Source: the human T2T-CHM13v2.0 reference genome, Homo sapiens. Taken from it: DNA of 64,000 bases. The stretch lies in the NCBI RefSeq assembly GCF_009914755.1, contig NC_060932.1. One strand, 5' to 3'. The position numbers were made by a program, and so were the translations under genes. Each line of letters starts with the position of its first letter. Position 1 is the stretch's first letter. Below are positions 27,855-44,553 of this stretch, piece by piece. Below the pieces are notes generated by a model. It did not search any database and had not been told where the DNA came from. It saw only the letters and a list, made by a program, of their open reading frames with translations.

Positions 27855-28530
27855 TATTTTTTAAATTTCCATTTTTATTTTTGATTCAGGGGCCACATGT
27901 GCAGGTTTGTTACAAGGGTATATTGGATAATATTAAATTTGGGCTTCTATTGATCCCATCACTCAGATAGTGGACGTAATACCCAACAGGAAGTTTTTCA
28001 GCTCTTGCCCCTTTCTCTCCCTCCCACCTTTTGGAGTTCCCAGAGTCTACTGTTCCTAACTGTATGTCCATGTCTACCCAAGATTTAGTGCCCACTTATA
28101 AGTGAGAACATGCAATAACTGGTTTTCTGTGTTTGTGTTAATTTGCATAGGATAATGGCCTCCAGTTGCATCCATTCTGCTGCAAAGAACATGATTTCTT
28201 TCTTCTTTAAATGGCTGCATAGTATTCCATGGTATATATATATGCCATATTTTCTTTATCGAATCCACCATTGATGGACACCAAGGTTGATGCCATGTCT
28301 TTGCTATTGTGAATAGAGCTGCTATGAACATACAAATGCATTTGTCTTTTTGGTAAAATCATTTATTTTCCTTTGAGTACATACCTAGTAATGGGATTTC
28401 TAGGTCAAGTGGGAGTTCTATTTTTAGTGCTTTGAGAAATCTCCAAACTGCCTTCCACAGTGACTGAACTAATTTACATTCCCACCAATAGTGTATAAGC
28501 ATTTCCTTTTCTCTGCAGCTTCACCAACAT
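27855..28530 (-). mobile_element. L1PB/late L1PA 3' fragment
   Basis: Antisense 3'UTR plus ORF2 C-terminus ([23 protein letters not shown]). Confidence 0.9.
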
Positions 28531-28540
28531 CAATGCAGCC

Positions 28541-28543
28541 TAT

Positions 28544-28590
<47 letters not shown>

Positions 28591-28873
28591 TTTTAGACGG
28601 AGTCTCGCTCAGCCACCTGGGCTGGAGTGCAGTGGTGCAATCTCGGCTCACTGCAACTTTGTCTCCTAGGTTCAAGTGATTCTCCCGTCTCAGCCTCCCG
28701 AGTAGCTGGGATTACAGGCACCTGCCATCATGCCTGGCTAATTTTTGTACTTCAGTGGAGACGGGGTTTCACCGTTTGAGCGAAGCTGATCTTGAGCTCC
28801 CGACCTCAAGTGATCCTCTCGCCTTGGCTTCCCTAAGTGCTAAGATTACAGGTGTGAGCCACCGCGCCCAGCC
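28541..28873 (-). mobile_element. AluS with (TAAA)n tail
   Basis: TSD CAATGCAGC at 28531-28539 and 28874-28882. Confidence 0.95.
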
Positions 28874-30139
28874 CAATGCAGCTTTTAAAAAATCAACTTA
28901 TCTAGTATTAACTTCCAGAAGTTAATTTAGTGAGTCAACAAATTAGCCTTTTTCTGGCTTTTAACATATATCCTTGTATTGCTTTTAAATGATTTTTTTA
29001 AGTTAATGGTAGCCAATCTTAATCATACACACAAATTTTTACATATATTATATAATATATGTTATATATATAATATTTATATATATTATATATTTTTTAT
29101 ATATATACACACTTCTGTAACCATTGCTATGCCACATAGGAAATTTCCAACTACCCAAAAGTATCACTGGGCTCCTAACCAGGCAAAGATTAATTTCGCC
29201 TATTTTACTGTCTTGCTGTGTATTTTTCTGTTGTTCTCTGGTATGCCATTGGATGAATATGCCACAAATAATTTACCAAATCTACTGTCGATGGTTAATT
29301 GGGTTTCCCGTTTTAGGCTATTACAATAAAGCTGTCTTGAACATAGTTTACATGTCTTTTACTGGACTTGACACTCCTTTCTGACGGGTATATTTCCAAG
29401 AGTGGAATTACTGGACCATAGGGGATACATGTGTTTAGCTAATATTAGTTTTTTAAGGTATAAAATCTATTTAAAATATAAATGGAAATATTTCTATTTT
29501 GTCAATTGGTAAGAATATTACACTATCATTTAAAAGGAGATAGATCAAATAATTTAGAAAAGTGGTAGCAGAGTCTAGAAACAACTAATTCCACTTGCCT
29601 TTGGTCATTTCCTTTCTTTCCGTATAAGCTTACTGTACATGCAACTATATAACTATTTTTTCACAACAATATATTCCTAAGTTTTTAGACTTTTATTGTC
29701 ATACTGTTTTGGCTGTAAGCACCCTTCACTTCCATTCCTCGTGGATTTCGCTCATGCCATTTTGTCTGTCCAGAATCACATCTTCCCTGATCTCTGTGTT
29801 TCTCCATTGCACTTCCTCTAGACTTATCGTACTTTTTATTTAACTAAGATTATCAGAGCAATACATTTTAAAGAACTTAAGCTATTCTTATAAATTATCT
29901 CTTCTGGTCATCTTATAGCATAATTTTCTCTAAATTAAGCAGACACTTCTTTTATATCTTCTCTTATACCTCTGAACCAGGAAGTGAACTCAGAAAAAAT
30001 TTCCTTCAACACAGGCTTTCATTTGTTTGTTAGGGTGTGCCGGCAATAAATATTTTCTCTCTGGGACACCTAAATTATAGCCACTGTTTTAACCTTAATA
30101 ATATTGTTGAGGTGCAGACCAGACAATGTTTCCATTATT

Positions 30140-30279
30140 GCAATTTTTATTTATTGGAGGATAAAAGGTTGTTTAGTGAAAAGAGAAGGTGGGAAGAGGT
30201 AATGATTGGCAATTCTTATTTATTGGAGGATAAAAGGTTGTTTAGTGAAAAGAATAGATGCGAAGAGGTAATGATTGGC
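30140..30279 (+). repeat. 69-bp two-copy tandem duplication
   Basis: Units start at 30140 and 30209; 5 mismatches in 69. Confidence 0.95.
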
Positions 30280-30785
30280 TAAGTACTATGGAACTCCCTG
30301 ACACTGATCGAATTATGTTAATGTTTAGTTCGTACTTGGGAGTATTACAGTCGCTTGTTAAAACTCCATTATGTAACTCCATTTTCAGGCCTGGGATCAT
30401 GATGGGGTTAGGGATAAATACAATGATTAATTTTTAATGCAAGGCAATAATCAGATTTAAACATTTTAAATCTGTGTATTCTTTTTGGTATTGTTTTTTA
30501 AGTGGTTTTAGTTTTGAAAAAAGTTTTAGTTAATGTTCAATGATATTGCTATTACATGAGAAGTGAGGTGATAATAAGTAATCTTTTTAGACCAGTCTTA
30601 TCAAAAATTTACAGCATACCATGTACTGGTTATTTGCAGGTATTCTTTTACTCATGATCTCTCTGTATTTCTTTGAATGCATGTTACCTTGTGAGTATCA
30701 GTGAGTAGGCTGTGATGTTGAACATCTGACAGGCATCCAGACTCTAATTAACTGTTGAAATAAAAATATTAAAAAATTAAGAATA

Positions 30786-31125
<340 letters not shown>

Positions 31126-31369
31126 TTACAGATAGCGAATGCCTTGTTAAGTATTTGTTGAATGAATGAATATATATTAGTATAATAGGTTAAATTGTAA
31201 TAAGCCTATGTTTCTTTGATTTAGATAATAGCAGGGTATATTGAGAAAAATGTGGAAAATAAACAGAATTTATATACTAGCCCTATAAATGTATATATAT
31301 GTTATGTGTATTATATCAAATAACTAATATTTTATTAATGCAAGTGAACCCTGAAGGTTTGTGTAGCAT

Positions 31370-31870
31370 TATTTAAGCCAGCAGTTCTTTTCCTCAGGGT
31401 GCATCCTTCACAAAGTCTGGCACATGAATAAGAGGAAGTATGTACAGTAGTATCAATCAAAGCAACATTGTTTTAGTACTAGAAATCAATGAACAATCCC
31501 AATGTCCATCAATATGCATAAAACATTGCTTTATATACTTATAATGGAACATTACATTGTGGTGAGAACATATAAACTAGAGGTATACTCATCAACATGA
31601 GTAATAATATTATTACTTACATTTTGTAAAGGGAAGGTAGGAATATTGATCAAAACCTCAGGTTAATGCTGCATCATTTAAATCTAGACCTAGCAGGTGG
31701 GTGTATGATTGGAGAGAGGCACAACCGGGGCTTTCCCAGAGTGTCAGTGTTCTCTTTCTTCACTTAGGTAAGTTACTTGGTGTTTCACTTATTGTTAGCC
31801 TTTTACCCTCACAAATGCATTATATGCATGCTTTCATCTCTGATATATTTTAAAATTAAAAAGAAAATAA
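31370..31870 (+). mobile_element. L1ME-like 3' fragment
   Basis: AACAATCCCAATGTCCATCAATA and degenerate L1ME 3' motifs. Confidence 0.55.
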
Positions 31871-31899
31871 ACTATTTCCTAGGGGCAGTAATATGTTAG

Positions 31900-32670
31900 G
31901 TAATATCCTTGTATTTATGGAGCTTCCAGCTACAGTAAAGGTAGACATTAATTCAATAACTGCAATTACTCCAGGCTTATTTAATAAGAAGTATGTGATG
32001 CCATAAGACTATGCAATAGCTGATACAATCTAATCAAGAAAGCGCAGAAAGAGCTTCACTGAGAAAGTTGTAACTGAGCTGATATCTAAATGATGAGTGA
32101 AAATTAACTTAGAAAACAAAGGAAAAAAAGAGGAATATTTGCAAAGGCCTTCTGGTGCAGGAGAGAGCACTGTTGAACATGAAGAAAATAAAGAAGGCCA
32201 GTATAGTTGGAGAAAACAGTATCATGAAGAATATTATTTGAGAGGTAGTAAGGGTCAAAATAAGAATCTTGTAGATAATGCTTTTGCCTTTGCCTATGTT
32301 GATGAGAAGCTACTGAGATATTTTAAGCAGGGAGATGGGGTAAACAGATTCACATTTTGAATATATTATTCTGGTGGCAGGTGAAAAATGGATTGGGTGG
32401 AGGCAAAAGTAGATACGGGAAGACCAGTCAAGAGAGTATTTTAGTAGTTCAGGCACCAGATCATGATAGCTTAACGGAAGTTACTGGTAGAGAATATGAG
32501 AAGAGTAGATTGATTTCAGAGAAATTTTGAGGGCAAAATATAAGGGACTTCGTAATAATTTAGAAATGGCAAGTGTGCGAGAAATTCCTCAAGAATAATT
32601 TCTAAGTTTCTAGCTTGCCTAAATGAATGGTTGGTGGTACCCATCACAGAGAGAGAATATAGGAAGAAGA
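31900..32670 (-). mobile_element. L2 LINE fragment
   Basis: TTTTAAGCAGGGAGATGGGGTAAACAGATTCACATTTTG...AAGTTTCTAGCTTG. Confidence 0.7.
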
Positions 32671-33394
32671 CCAAAGGTTAAATGGACACTCCAACATGGT
32701 CAGATTTGTACACCTAACATGTGTGCATCTTAGATCTCTAGGATCAGGTACTGACTCAATTTAGACTTTGTCTTTCAAAAGTTATGTTTCAACAATGTAT
32801 TTTGTCTGGAATTTAATCTTCAATATAGTGTAACTCCATTTTTCTCTCTCTTTCTCTCTTTTTTTTTCTTTAGACAACATACAGACATATTAATATAAAG
32901 TAAGTGTTTGGGCTCTGTTTTTCTCTCTTCCATTTCAATTTCTTACCATTGTCCCTACTTCTACCATAGGAATCTCTGGATTTCTTTCCACCACAGGAAT
33001 CTCTGACTCTAAATCCCACATAATGGAGGATTATTGGTTCTTTGCTACTCACCATGGTTAATTAATACTCACTTCTCATAATGAAGCTGGTAGTATCTAA
33101 TGTAAGCCTTGTTCCAGGATTAGTGAAGATCATGACGTTTCATAAAAGTGTAGTGAAGTTAAGCACAGCTCTGTGTTTTGTTCCTTTTAAAGCAGAAAGG
33201 CCGATCAGGTCCAAAAGTCTGAGTTGAAGAAAGAAGGCTAGAATCATAGCATTTCATTGCAGTGTTCCAATCAGAAACCCCATAGTTATCCTTTCCTTGT
33301 ATTTCTGACAGTATGGTAGACTGAATGTCTAGAGAAATCCTTTCATTAGCAAAAAACCTAAAGATTCCAGACAGTATATGTATATTTAAAAATT

Positions 33395-33696
<302 letters not shown>

Positions 33697-33964
33697 TCAG
33701 AGTCCATGAACAGCATGAACTAACAAATCAAGAGAAGTAAGCAAGATGAATGTCACTGAAACAGACATTTTCTCTGAAGATGTTTGGAAGTTCTTCACTG
33801 CATACAGCCTAGGATTTACAAGACCATTTTTTGTAAACAAATTTAGTTTGGGCTGGCAAAAGTTGGCAGATTTGACTACAAATACCTCTGCATGAATAGG
33901 ATCCCTGAAAGACAATACTTATTGTGAATTAAATAAGCAAATAAAAGAGACGGGGGTAGGGAGT

Positions 33965-33999
<35 letters not shown>

Positions 34000-34017
34000 G
34001 AGAGAGAGCAAGAGAGA
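33965..34017 (+). repeat. (GA)n microsatellite
   Basis: Directly visible. Confidence 0.95.
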
Positions 34018-35131
34018 ATGCTCTTGAGGGAGATATTTGGTTCTGGGTGTAGTGAAGGAAAAGGAAAGTTTCACCAGAAGAAAATTCATAACTTCTCCCT
34101 TATGTAAGCCATATTCATAGTACATATGTAACCTCAAAACCTCTAAAGGTAAAATTTTACTTTTAAGTGACACTTGGTTGATAGTGTCCCCAAGTACTTT
34201 GCAGAAGCAAGCAAAAATCCTGTGACAAGAAAGCACTTTAAATAAAGGTCCCACATAACTCTCATAGATAAAATTTCAAAGGATATGAGATTGCATTAAA
34301 AAGATAATCACTAAATACAAACAGAATAGAACATCTCAGTGAAAGAAATCAGTAAAAACAAACTGGAGAAGTAGATTACGAAGATTGTTGTTAGAAATTT
34401 CATTTGTAGAATGTAAATTAATTACATATAATGTTCAAAATAATATAGATTATTAAAAATATGGTAAAAGACAGAAGACTATAAAAACAAACAGATACAT
34501 TTAAAAAAGAACCAAAGAGCATTTTGAGATATGAAGAAAAATTAACAAATGAAAGTTGAAATTTATTGTATGTGTTATACAGCAGAGTAGAAATAGCTGA
34601 AAAGGAAATTTTTGAAATAGAAGATAGATCTGAGAAAATTATATAGAAGGTAGAGCAAGGAGACAGAGCTGGAAAATACAAGAGACTTTAGGAGATAGAG
34701 AGGACAGAAAGAGAAATTGCAACATACATCTAACTGGAGAGCCAGAATGAAGGAAGAGAAAAAACATGAGTGAGATGTTTAAAGTGATAATAGTTGAGTT
34801 ACTTTTAGGATTGATGAAAGACATGGATCTTCATATTCACATAACAAAACAAATCTTAAGTTAATTATGGTATAATCACAGAACGGCTTGATATAGTGAA
34901 ATCGCTGAACATTGATCGAGATTTTAAAAAGCAGAAAAAGATAATATAGAAAATAGAAGACAGTAGTATATGATAGAAATGAATCTAAACATATCAGTGA
35001 TCGCAATAAATATAAATTGAGTTAAATTTTCAATTAAAGGAGATTATCAGACAGAAAACAAAACACTACAAACAAAATCCCACTTCTGTTGTTTATAGGA
35101 ACACACCTAAACTAAAGAATATAGATGCTAA

Positions 35132-35750
<619 letters not shown>

Positions 35751-35751
35751 A

Positions 35752-36099
<348 letters not shown>

Positions 36100-36142
36100 T
36101 AAATAACATAAAAAGGAAATTCTCAAGCAAAAATACTGTTCT

Positions 36143-36995
36143 ATATGGTAGCTAGCTTCTGAGATGCCACCCAGCGATCCTTGTCCTCCTGGTATTCATG
36201 GCTTTTTTTAAGACTCATCTAAGAATGAATAGGCATGATCTTTTTAACCAATAAGATAGTCCAGAAATGACAGTGTGTGATTTCTGAGGTTAAACTATAA
36301 AACACAATGTAGCTTTCACCTTGTTCTTTTGGAACACTTTATGGGGGACCATCAGCTGGAATTCTGTGTAAACATTTAGACAGTTCTGGGGAAAGGTACA
36401 TATTTAATGAATTGAAGCTTCAAAAGACACTACCAATTTGCCAGCTCTTTGAATGAGCCATTTTCAAAGAAGATCCCCTGCCCCAGTGAAGTCTTCGGAT
36501 GTCTGTACTCCTGCTAACACCTTAAGTGTACCCTGTGAGAGACCTCAAAAGAGAACCACACGGCCAAACTGCTCCCAAATTTCTGACCCATAGAAGCTAT
36601 AAGAAGGCCAGCTCCGATGGCTCATGACTCTAATCTGAGCACTTTTGGAAGCTGAGGCAGGGGCATGGCTTGAGGCTAAGAATTAGAGACCAGCCTGGTC
36701 AACATAGAAAGACCCCATCTTTGCAGAAGAGAAAAAGAAAAAAATTAGCCAGGCATGGTGATGTGCACCCATAGTTTTAGCCACTCAGGAGGCTGAGGCA
36801 GAGGATCGCTTGAGCCCAAGATTTTGAGAGTGCAGTGAGCTTTGATGGGGCCACAGCACCACAGCCTGGGTGACGAGAGTCAGACCCTGTCTCAGAACAA
36901 AAAAAAAAAAAAAAAAGAAAGAAACTTTAAGATCAATTTTAATTGCTGTTTTAGGCCATTAAATCTCTAAGCAACTCAACTCAACAAGAAAATAT
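36143..36995 (+). mobile_element. MaLR LTR (MLT1E/F-like) with AluJ nested at ~36606-36922
   Basis: CAGCGATCCTTGTCCTCCTGGTATTCATG...AAACTGCTCCCAAATTTCTGACCCATAGAA; AluJ dimer. Confidence 0.75.
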
Positions 36996-37049
36996 GATTG
37001 TATTTATTGATTGATTTTTAAATGTTTTACTATTACTATTATCAGTAGT

Positions 37050-37182
37050 AGTAGTAGTAGTAATAGAGACAAGATCTCACTACTGTGTTGCACGGGCTGG
37101 TCTCAAACTCCTGGGCTTCAGTGGTTCTCCCACCTCAGCCTCCCAAAGTGCTGGGATTACAGGCATAAGCCACCACGCTTAA
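37050..37182 (-). mobile_element. FLAM/Alu left monomer
   Basis: GGCTGGTCTCAAACTCCTGGGCTTCAGTG...GATTACAGGCATAAGCCACC. Confidence 0.85.
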
Positions 37183-37430
37183 CTGAAGATACAATTTTAA
37201 ACCTTTATGCATGCAAGTATAATGTCGAAATAAACTAGGTAATAATTTGCATACATTTTAATATATCATTACAGTTGGAAACTTTAACACAACTGTATCA
37301 GCAATTCTAATATTGACCAGCCAAAAAACAGTAAGTACATAGCAGGTTTTATAAATTTCAAAAGACTAATGTCATGTAACTATAGTCTTTGACTTTAGCA
37401 CAGTTAAGATAGGATTCAATATAAAGATAA

Positions 37431-37787
<357 letters not shown>

Positions 37788-38160
37788 TAAATAACTTATG
37801 TTTCCAAGAAGAAATCATAATGGAAATTAGAAATTGTTTAAAAATGAATGATCATGAAAATGCCACATATCAAACCATCTGGAATACCACTGAAGTAGAA
37901 ACAAAAGGAGAAGTTAAGGCCTTAACAAGCTTATAATAGAGAGGAAATAACAGTGCAAATAGATGAGATAAACAACTAAAGAAGTCAGAAACAGAACAAC
38001 AAAATAAACACAAAGAAATAGAAGGAAAGAAGTCACAATGATAAAAATGTAATAAACAAGGAAACAATAATACAATAGCGAATGAAAAATAGGGAGTGAA
38101 AAACAACTTAAAATTTGGAAACGCTTAACAAAATGATTCCAGAACACAAACAACAAGGCC

Positions 38161-38161
<1 letters not shown>

Positions 38162-38197
<36 letters not shown>

Positions 38198-38198
38198 A
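38162..38198 (+). repeat. (CA)n microsatellite
   Basis: Directly visible. Confidence 0.95.
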
Positions 38199-39080
38199 AA
38201 TCAGGTAAGAAAAGTGGGGTATAACTATGATGCAGCAGGTATTACAATGATAATACAGGGACACGATAAATAGCTTTATACCTGTACACTTAAAACATTT
38301 AAAATAGTAGTTGTATCCACAAAAATATAATTTCTCAAAAATAACATTTGAAGAAATAGAAAAACTTAGTAGTCTGATAAATCATTAAGGACTTGAACCC
38401 ATTGTCAAAAATCTCTCCATAAAGAACATACGAATCTGAATAAATGATTTCACAGGTGCATCTATCTAACAGTTAAGGAACCTATAATTTCAGTCTTACT
38501 TTAACTCTTTAAAAGAACAGAACATTTGGGAACACTCTACAACTTATTTAATGAGGCTAGTGTAATTTTGATATCAAACCAACACAAAATACAAGGAGGA
38601 AAAATAGTAGGTCCATCTGACTCAAGCACAGATGCAAAGGCCTATACAAAATATTAGGAAAGAAAAACTAAATTTGTTTATAAAAGATAAATCATGATCA
38701 CAGGTTTATTATAGAAATGCAAACTTGATTAAGCATTAGAAATCTACTAATGTATTCACCAAATTTATAGGTTAAAAGTAAAATCTATTTCAGTCATCTT
38801 ACAAATACAGAAAAACAACCTATAAAATTAATGTCAATTCGTGTTTTTGTTAAAAAAGCTTAACAACCTAAAAATACAAGAGACTATCTTTACTATAATA
38901 AAGTGCAGCTATCGAACTTTTTTACTAAATATCTCATTCCATGGTGAAACATTAAAATCCAGAGTAAATCAATGATGCCTGTTTTCACCACATCAATTCA
39001 ACATTGTACTACAGACTGGACCCAGGGCAATGGCAAGAGAAAAAGCAACAAGTTATTAGGCTCTGAAAAGAAAAAAGTAA

Positions 39081-39392
<312 letters not shown>

Positions 39393-40247
39393 TAATGTTC
39401 TATAGAAGATAGGACTTCCTATTTTAAAAGATCTATAGAAAAATTTTTAGTAATTTTTTACTATAAAATCCAAATATGGCATTCATGTGCATTTGTATAT
39501 ATCAATAGTCTGTTGCTACTGTCTTAACTTTGAAATATTCTGTTATAATAGCAACATAAATTATAAGGTACCTCAGAATAATGGGAGAAACGCAAGTTTT
39601 TTACAAGGGAGAGAATAAAATTGTATTGAAAAACATTAGAAGACAAATAAATTAAAAAATATATTGTAAATAGGAGGACACTGTTTTTAAAATGACAGTT
39701 TTACTCAAATTGGTTTATGATTTAATGCAATTCCTATTGTCTCACCAGGACGTTTCATGAAAACTGACTAGCTCATCTGAACATTTATGTGGTAGATCAA
39801 ATGGACAAGAATTACTGATATGCTCTTGAAAAAGTGGGACAAGGAAAGACCTCTTGCCCTATCAGATATCAAGATCTATTTTAAATCTATTATAATTATT
39901 ACAACGTATTGTTAGTTTAGAAATATATTGCTGAAACAGAATGCTCGGCCCATAAACAACCCACACTTCTGTGGAAACTCACTCTCTGAGCCTGCTTTGC
40001 AGATCAGTAGGGAAAGGGTAGTTGCCCGAACAAAAGATATTGGGAAAACTGGTAGTTAATATAGAAAAGATGAAACTGGATCCCACCTCACGCTTTAAAT
40101 TCAATTCCAATTGGCTTAATAGGTGAAATTTCAAAGGGACATAAGAGAATATCCTTCTGATTACTTTTCATGAAATAATTAGTTTTAAAAAGAAGCAAAG
40201 CTGTAAAGAGACACTGAAACATATTTAAAGTTTAAAATGAGAACTTT

Positions 40248-40558
40248 GTCCAGGCACAGTGGCTCACACCTGTAATCTCAGCACTTTGGGAGGCTGACAT
40301 GGGAGGATCACTTGAGGCCAGGAGTTTGCAACCAGCCTGGGCAACATAGTGAGATCCCTGACTCTACATAGAATAAAAAAGTTAGCTGGACATGGTGGTG
40401 CATGCCTGTAGTCCCAGCTACTCAGAAGGCTGAGGCTGGAGGATCACTTAAGCCCAGGAGTTCAAAGCTGCTGTGAGCTATGATTGTGCCACTGCATTTC
40501 AGCCTGGGCTGAGCATCAGAAAAACAGTTTGTTAAAAACAAATAAACAAAAGAAAAAC
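40248..40558 (+). mobile_element. AluJ
   Basis: CACTTGAGGCCAGGAGTT, AGCCCAGGAGTTCAAAGCTGC. Confidence 0.9.
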
Positions 40559-41075
40559 TTGTAGGTGAACAGACACTATAAAAGACTGCAATGGCATTCC
40601 AAAAGCTGGGAGAAAATATTTGCATTGCCCATGACCAACAAAGTTTCGAATATAAAAAGTCAGAGTCAGTCAACTACAAAAAGAAAACCAAAAGAAAAGT
40701 GTGAATAAGGCATAGACATTTCATAGAAATATTTGTAAACATATTCGCACGTATCTATAATTAGAGAAAAGTAAGTTTAAACTGAAATTCTTGTGTCATA
40801 CTCATCATATTTCCAGGTATTAAGTGTATAACACTGTCAGCATTAGTGAGCAACAGGAACTGGCATACACTTTAGGCAAAGTGAATCTTTCTACAATCCC
40901 TCTAGAAATCTATTTGGAATCAATGGTAAAGTTTAGCTATAACACTGAGAAAGCAGTTCCACTGCTAAGTATATGTCGGGGCAAGGGGCCTTAAACTATC
41001 TAGGACAAAGGAAGAATGTTTTTTAAAATTTCCAGTCTTTTATAAAATGTGACAAAAATAAATTATTTTAAAAAA

Positions 41076-41195
41076 GGCTTGAACCCAGGAGGTGCAGGGT
41101 GCAGTGAGCCGAGATCACGCCACTGCACTGCAGCCTGGCAACAGAGTGAGACTCCGTCTCAAAAAAATAATAATAAAAATAAAATAAAAAAAGAA
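41076..41195 (+). mobile_element. 5'-truncated Alu (right-arm end, AluSc-like)
   Basis: GCTTGAACCCAGGAGG...GAGACTCCGTCTC plus A tail. Confidence 0.9.
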
Positions 41196-44100
41196 ATGTT
41201 AATACACTTCCAGAAAACAATAAATATAAAAACATGGACATAAAAAATATAAACTCATTTTTATCATTAGATTCGGTAGACATAATTATATTTTAATAAA
41301 ATAATATAAAGTAACGCTGATGAAAATATAGTTAGACAAACCAAACAAGTTGTTCATTGAAAGTGTGATTATTATAAATTAATATAAAGAATCACTATCA
41401 CCTTTTGTCATTCCACAATTATTTCTAAATAAAATGCTATGAGTGAAATAGGCATTTCATATATTTTATGACTGTAGGAGCACTTTGAATATTCATAATA
41501 TGTAATTAATAGAGTTTTTAATGTGACAAATGAGCTTGTTTCTTGCTTGCTTGATGTATCTAAACTGGATTGATGACAACACGAAATTGTTCCCATATTT
41601 TGTTACACTAAATCAATTTCACAACAGCATGTTGACAGGTATGTACATGTAATGATGCATATACATAAACATATGCATATTTAAGAAATCATGAGTTCAC
41701 TCTCATACCTCCAATTCTAATCCATCACCAGATGAACTTTCTTGCCTTTTCTCATTCCCTATTTGTCTCTTCTTATACAGCCAGATCCCTGGCTGCCAAT
41801 AACTATAAAACATTTATTCATTTGCTTAGTCCTATATTGACATCTAAAACTGTTTCAGAATTACTTCCACTGTACCACTGTAAAACCTAAAACAAGTTCT
41901 GGATATGTTAGAACATTGTCCCTGTCCCTAACATCCAACCCTGCTCCAGACTGACGGAATACAGACAAATAATGAGTTCACAGGAAACTTGATTAATTCC
42001 TTTCTTTCCTCTCAATCTCCCTCCCTCTTTCTCTCTCTTCATCCCTCCCTCCCTTCCTTTCTTCCTTTTCAGTTATGATATTCATTTGGAATACAATTTA
42101 CCTTCATGCATTTTACCTTGCTTGCTTTCTGTTTTATGTTTTTTTTTCTGCTTCCATTCTTATTTAATGTAATTTTTAAATATGTATGTTATGCTTTCAA
42201 AAGTAAAAACAATATATATAAAAGAATTACAACAGGACTCACACTCTCGTTATCTCTTCTACTCTATACTCCAATCACATGTAACCAATTTCAGTGGGAT
42301 TCTTTTTCATAAAGATTAGCAGATCTATGTATAATAGTTTTTGCTTTTTTCTTTCACGAGTAGGGTAAATATATATGCTTTTCTTTTTCCTTCACTTTGA
42401 TTTTTTTTCTCCACTTAATTATATCTCTTGAAAGGTACTCCAAAACCATTTATAGAGATCTTCCTCATTATTTCTTTGTAGTTGCATAGTACTGCACCGT
42501 GCATGTGTATTCATTGTATATTTAACCAGCATCCTAGGCTTGGATATTTAGGCAGTTTCAATATTTGCAATTACAAACAATCTTAAAATAAATAACATTG
42601 TGCATATATTTATCATGGTTGGAGGTGTATCTTCAGGATTAATTCATAGTAATGAGATTAAAGCATCCAAAGAGTAAATGAAAATATAATTATTTTTAAC
42701 TTTTATACAAAATTAACCCATGGAGCCTGGGATTACAGGTGGATGCCATAATTATTTAGTATTTTCAAAATTCATTTTCAAATCTCCATCCATAACCTAT
42801 TTTAATTTATAGTTAAATGATGAATTTTTTACATGTCTGCATTTTGATGAAAAGTAAATTCCAAAGTACTCTATCAGATTCATAGGATTCAATGATAATT
42901 TTTTGCTGATGTGCAGTATCAAGATCTTCATTGATAATATTGTTAAATTATAGGACTCATCATAATAATCTAAAAACTTTGTTCTTTTAGGCTTCTGACT
43001 TTCATTTTTGTTTTTTATCTGGCATTAAAAAACATATTACATTTTTTCTTAGAAAGAAGTGTAAACAGCAATGAATATACTAAAGATAAAGACAATGAAG
43101 TAAGTCTGGCAGTCTCAATCACATCTTTACTTGGGATCAAAATGGTTTAATAATTGCAAAGATATTAAGAGTTCACATATATTAAATCATGTCAAAAACT
43201 TCAAACATTCTCTACTGAACATTTTCCTTTATTAAGCATTATATCTCCACATTAGTTTTTTTAAATACAATAAGCTTACATGTTATAATCATAATATAAT
43301 AATTTCTACCTTAAAACTGTTTTTTAGAGAATTCAGTTTTTACTACATAACTAAGACTTTTTTTTATAGCAAGTCTTTCTTGGTGAAGCAACCAGAATAT
43401 TGATTTCTATTGTCATGAAAGCTCCTTAAATTTTTTTTTTCTTTCCAGTTTCCACATACAGTATTGAAGGTGAAAGCTTCTTAATCTGCATAACTATTTC
43501 AGAATATTGTCTTGTCATTGCAACTGTACCATCAGAACATTATCTTAATGAAACTTAAACTCCCAACTATTATGTCAATGCAATCCTTTTCAGTTTTACA
43601 AATCCATAGCTGGTTGTTTCTAGTCATCAATGACATTGAGAAAATACTTCTTTATATCACCAGCCTATACAGTTTACACAGAGATTAAAATAGTTGCCAA
43701 GTTAGTGATATTTTTGCATTCATCCAGTTCCTAGCTGTATTTGTTCTGTGAGTGGGTCCATTATTTTTCTTCATTTTCTGTAGTGTTTTAAAGTATGCTG
43801 TCATTGAAAAGTGGGACTTGAGCTACTTTCTTTGCAGTGGTTGCAGCTATCATTTCTAACACACTTTTGATGCAGTGTTTCACTAATATCTCAGCAATTT
43901 TTAATGAATTTTTAGCTTTAACAACACCAACTGCTTTTTAAAACCATCTATGAATTGTTTATGTTTAAATAGGAATATGTATAGTTTCACAGATTGCCAG
44001 CAATTATGGCTAAAAAACTAAATCAAATATATGGAAGATAATGTTTTATTTCTTTGAAATTGTTTATTTTTCATTATTTTATTTAGTGTTACCACTACAT

Positions 44101-44339
44101 TCTGAAAAGGTATACCTTGTCCTGACCAAAATTAAAGGAAAAAAGGTGAAGCTTATACTGCTGTCAATAAATTAAAGATTAAAACTAAATACACAAATTT
44201 TACAGCCCTAATTTAGCTAATAATGTTAAATTATAAATTTTAAAAGTAGGCTTAATTTTAAATTAAGACTATACATGTATGTATAAAAGTATATGTCCTC
44301 ATTTTATCCCATTTTTATACACTTCAATTAATTAATTTC

Positions 44340-44553
44340 TTCTTATTATTCTTATTATTTTTGAGACAGGATCTTGCTATATTGCCCAGGCTGGAGTGCA
44401 TTAAAGTGATCATGGCTCACTGCAGCCTCAACCTCTTGGGCTCCAGTGATCCTTCCACCTTAACCTGAGTAGCTGGGATTACAGGCAGGCACCACAATGC
44501 CCACCTAAATTTTAAATTTTTTTGTAGAGATAAGGTTTTGCTATAGTGCTGGC
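44340..44553 (-). mobile_element. AluJ (partial)
   Basis: GATCATGGCTCACTGCAGCCTCAACCTC. Confidence 0.9.
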
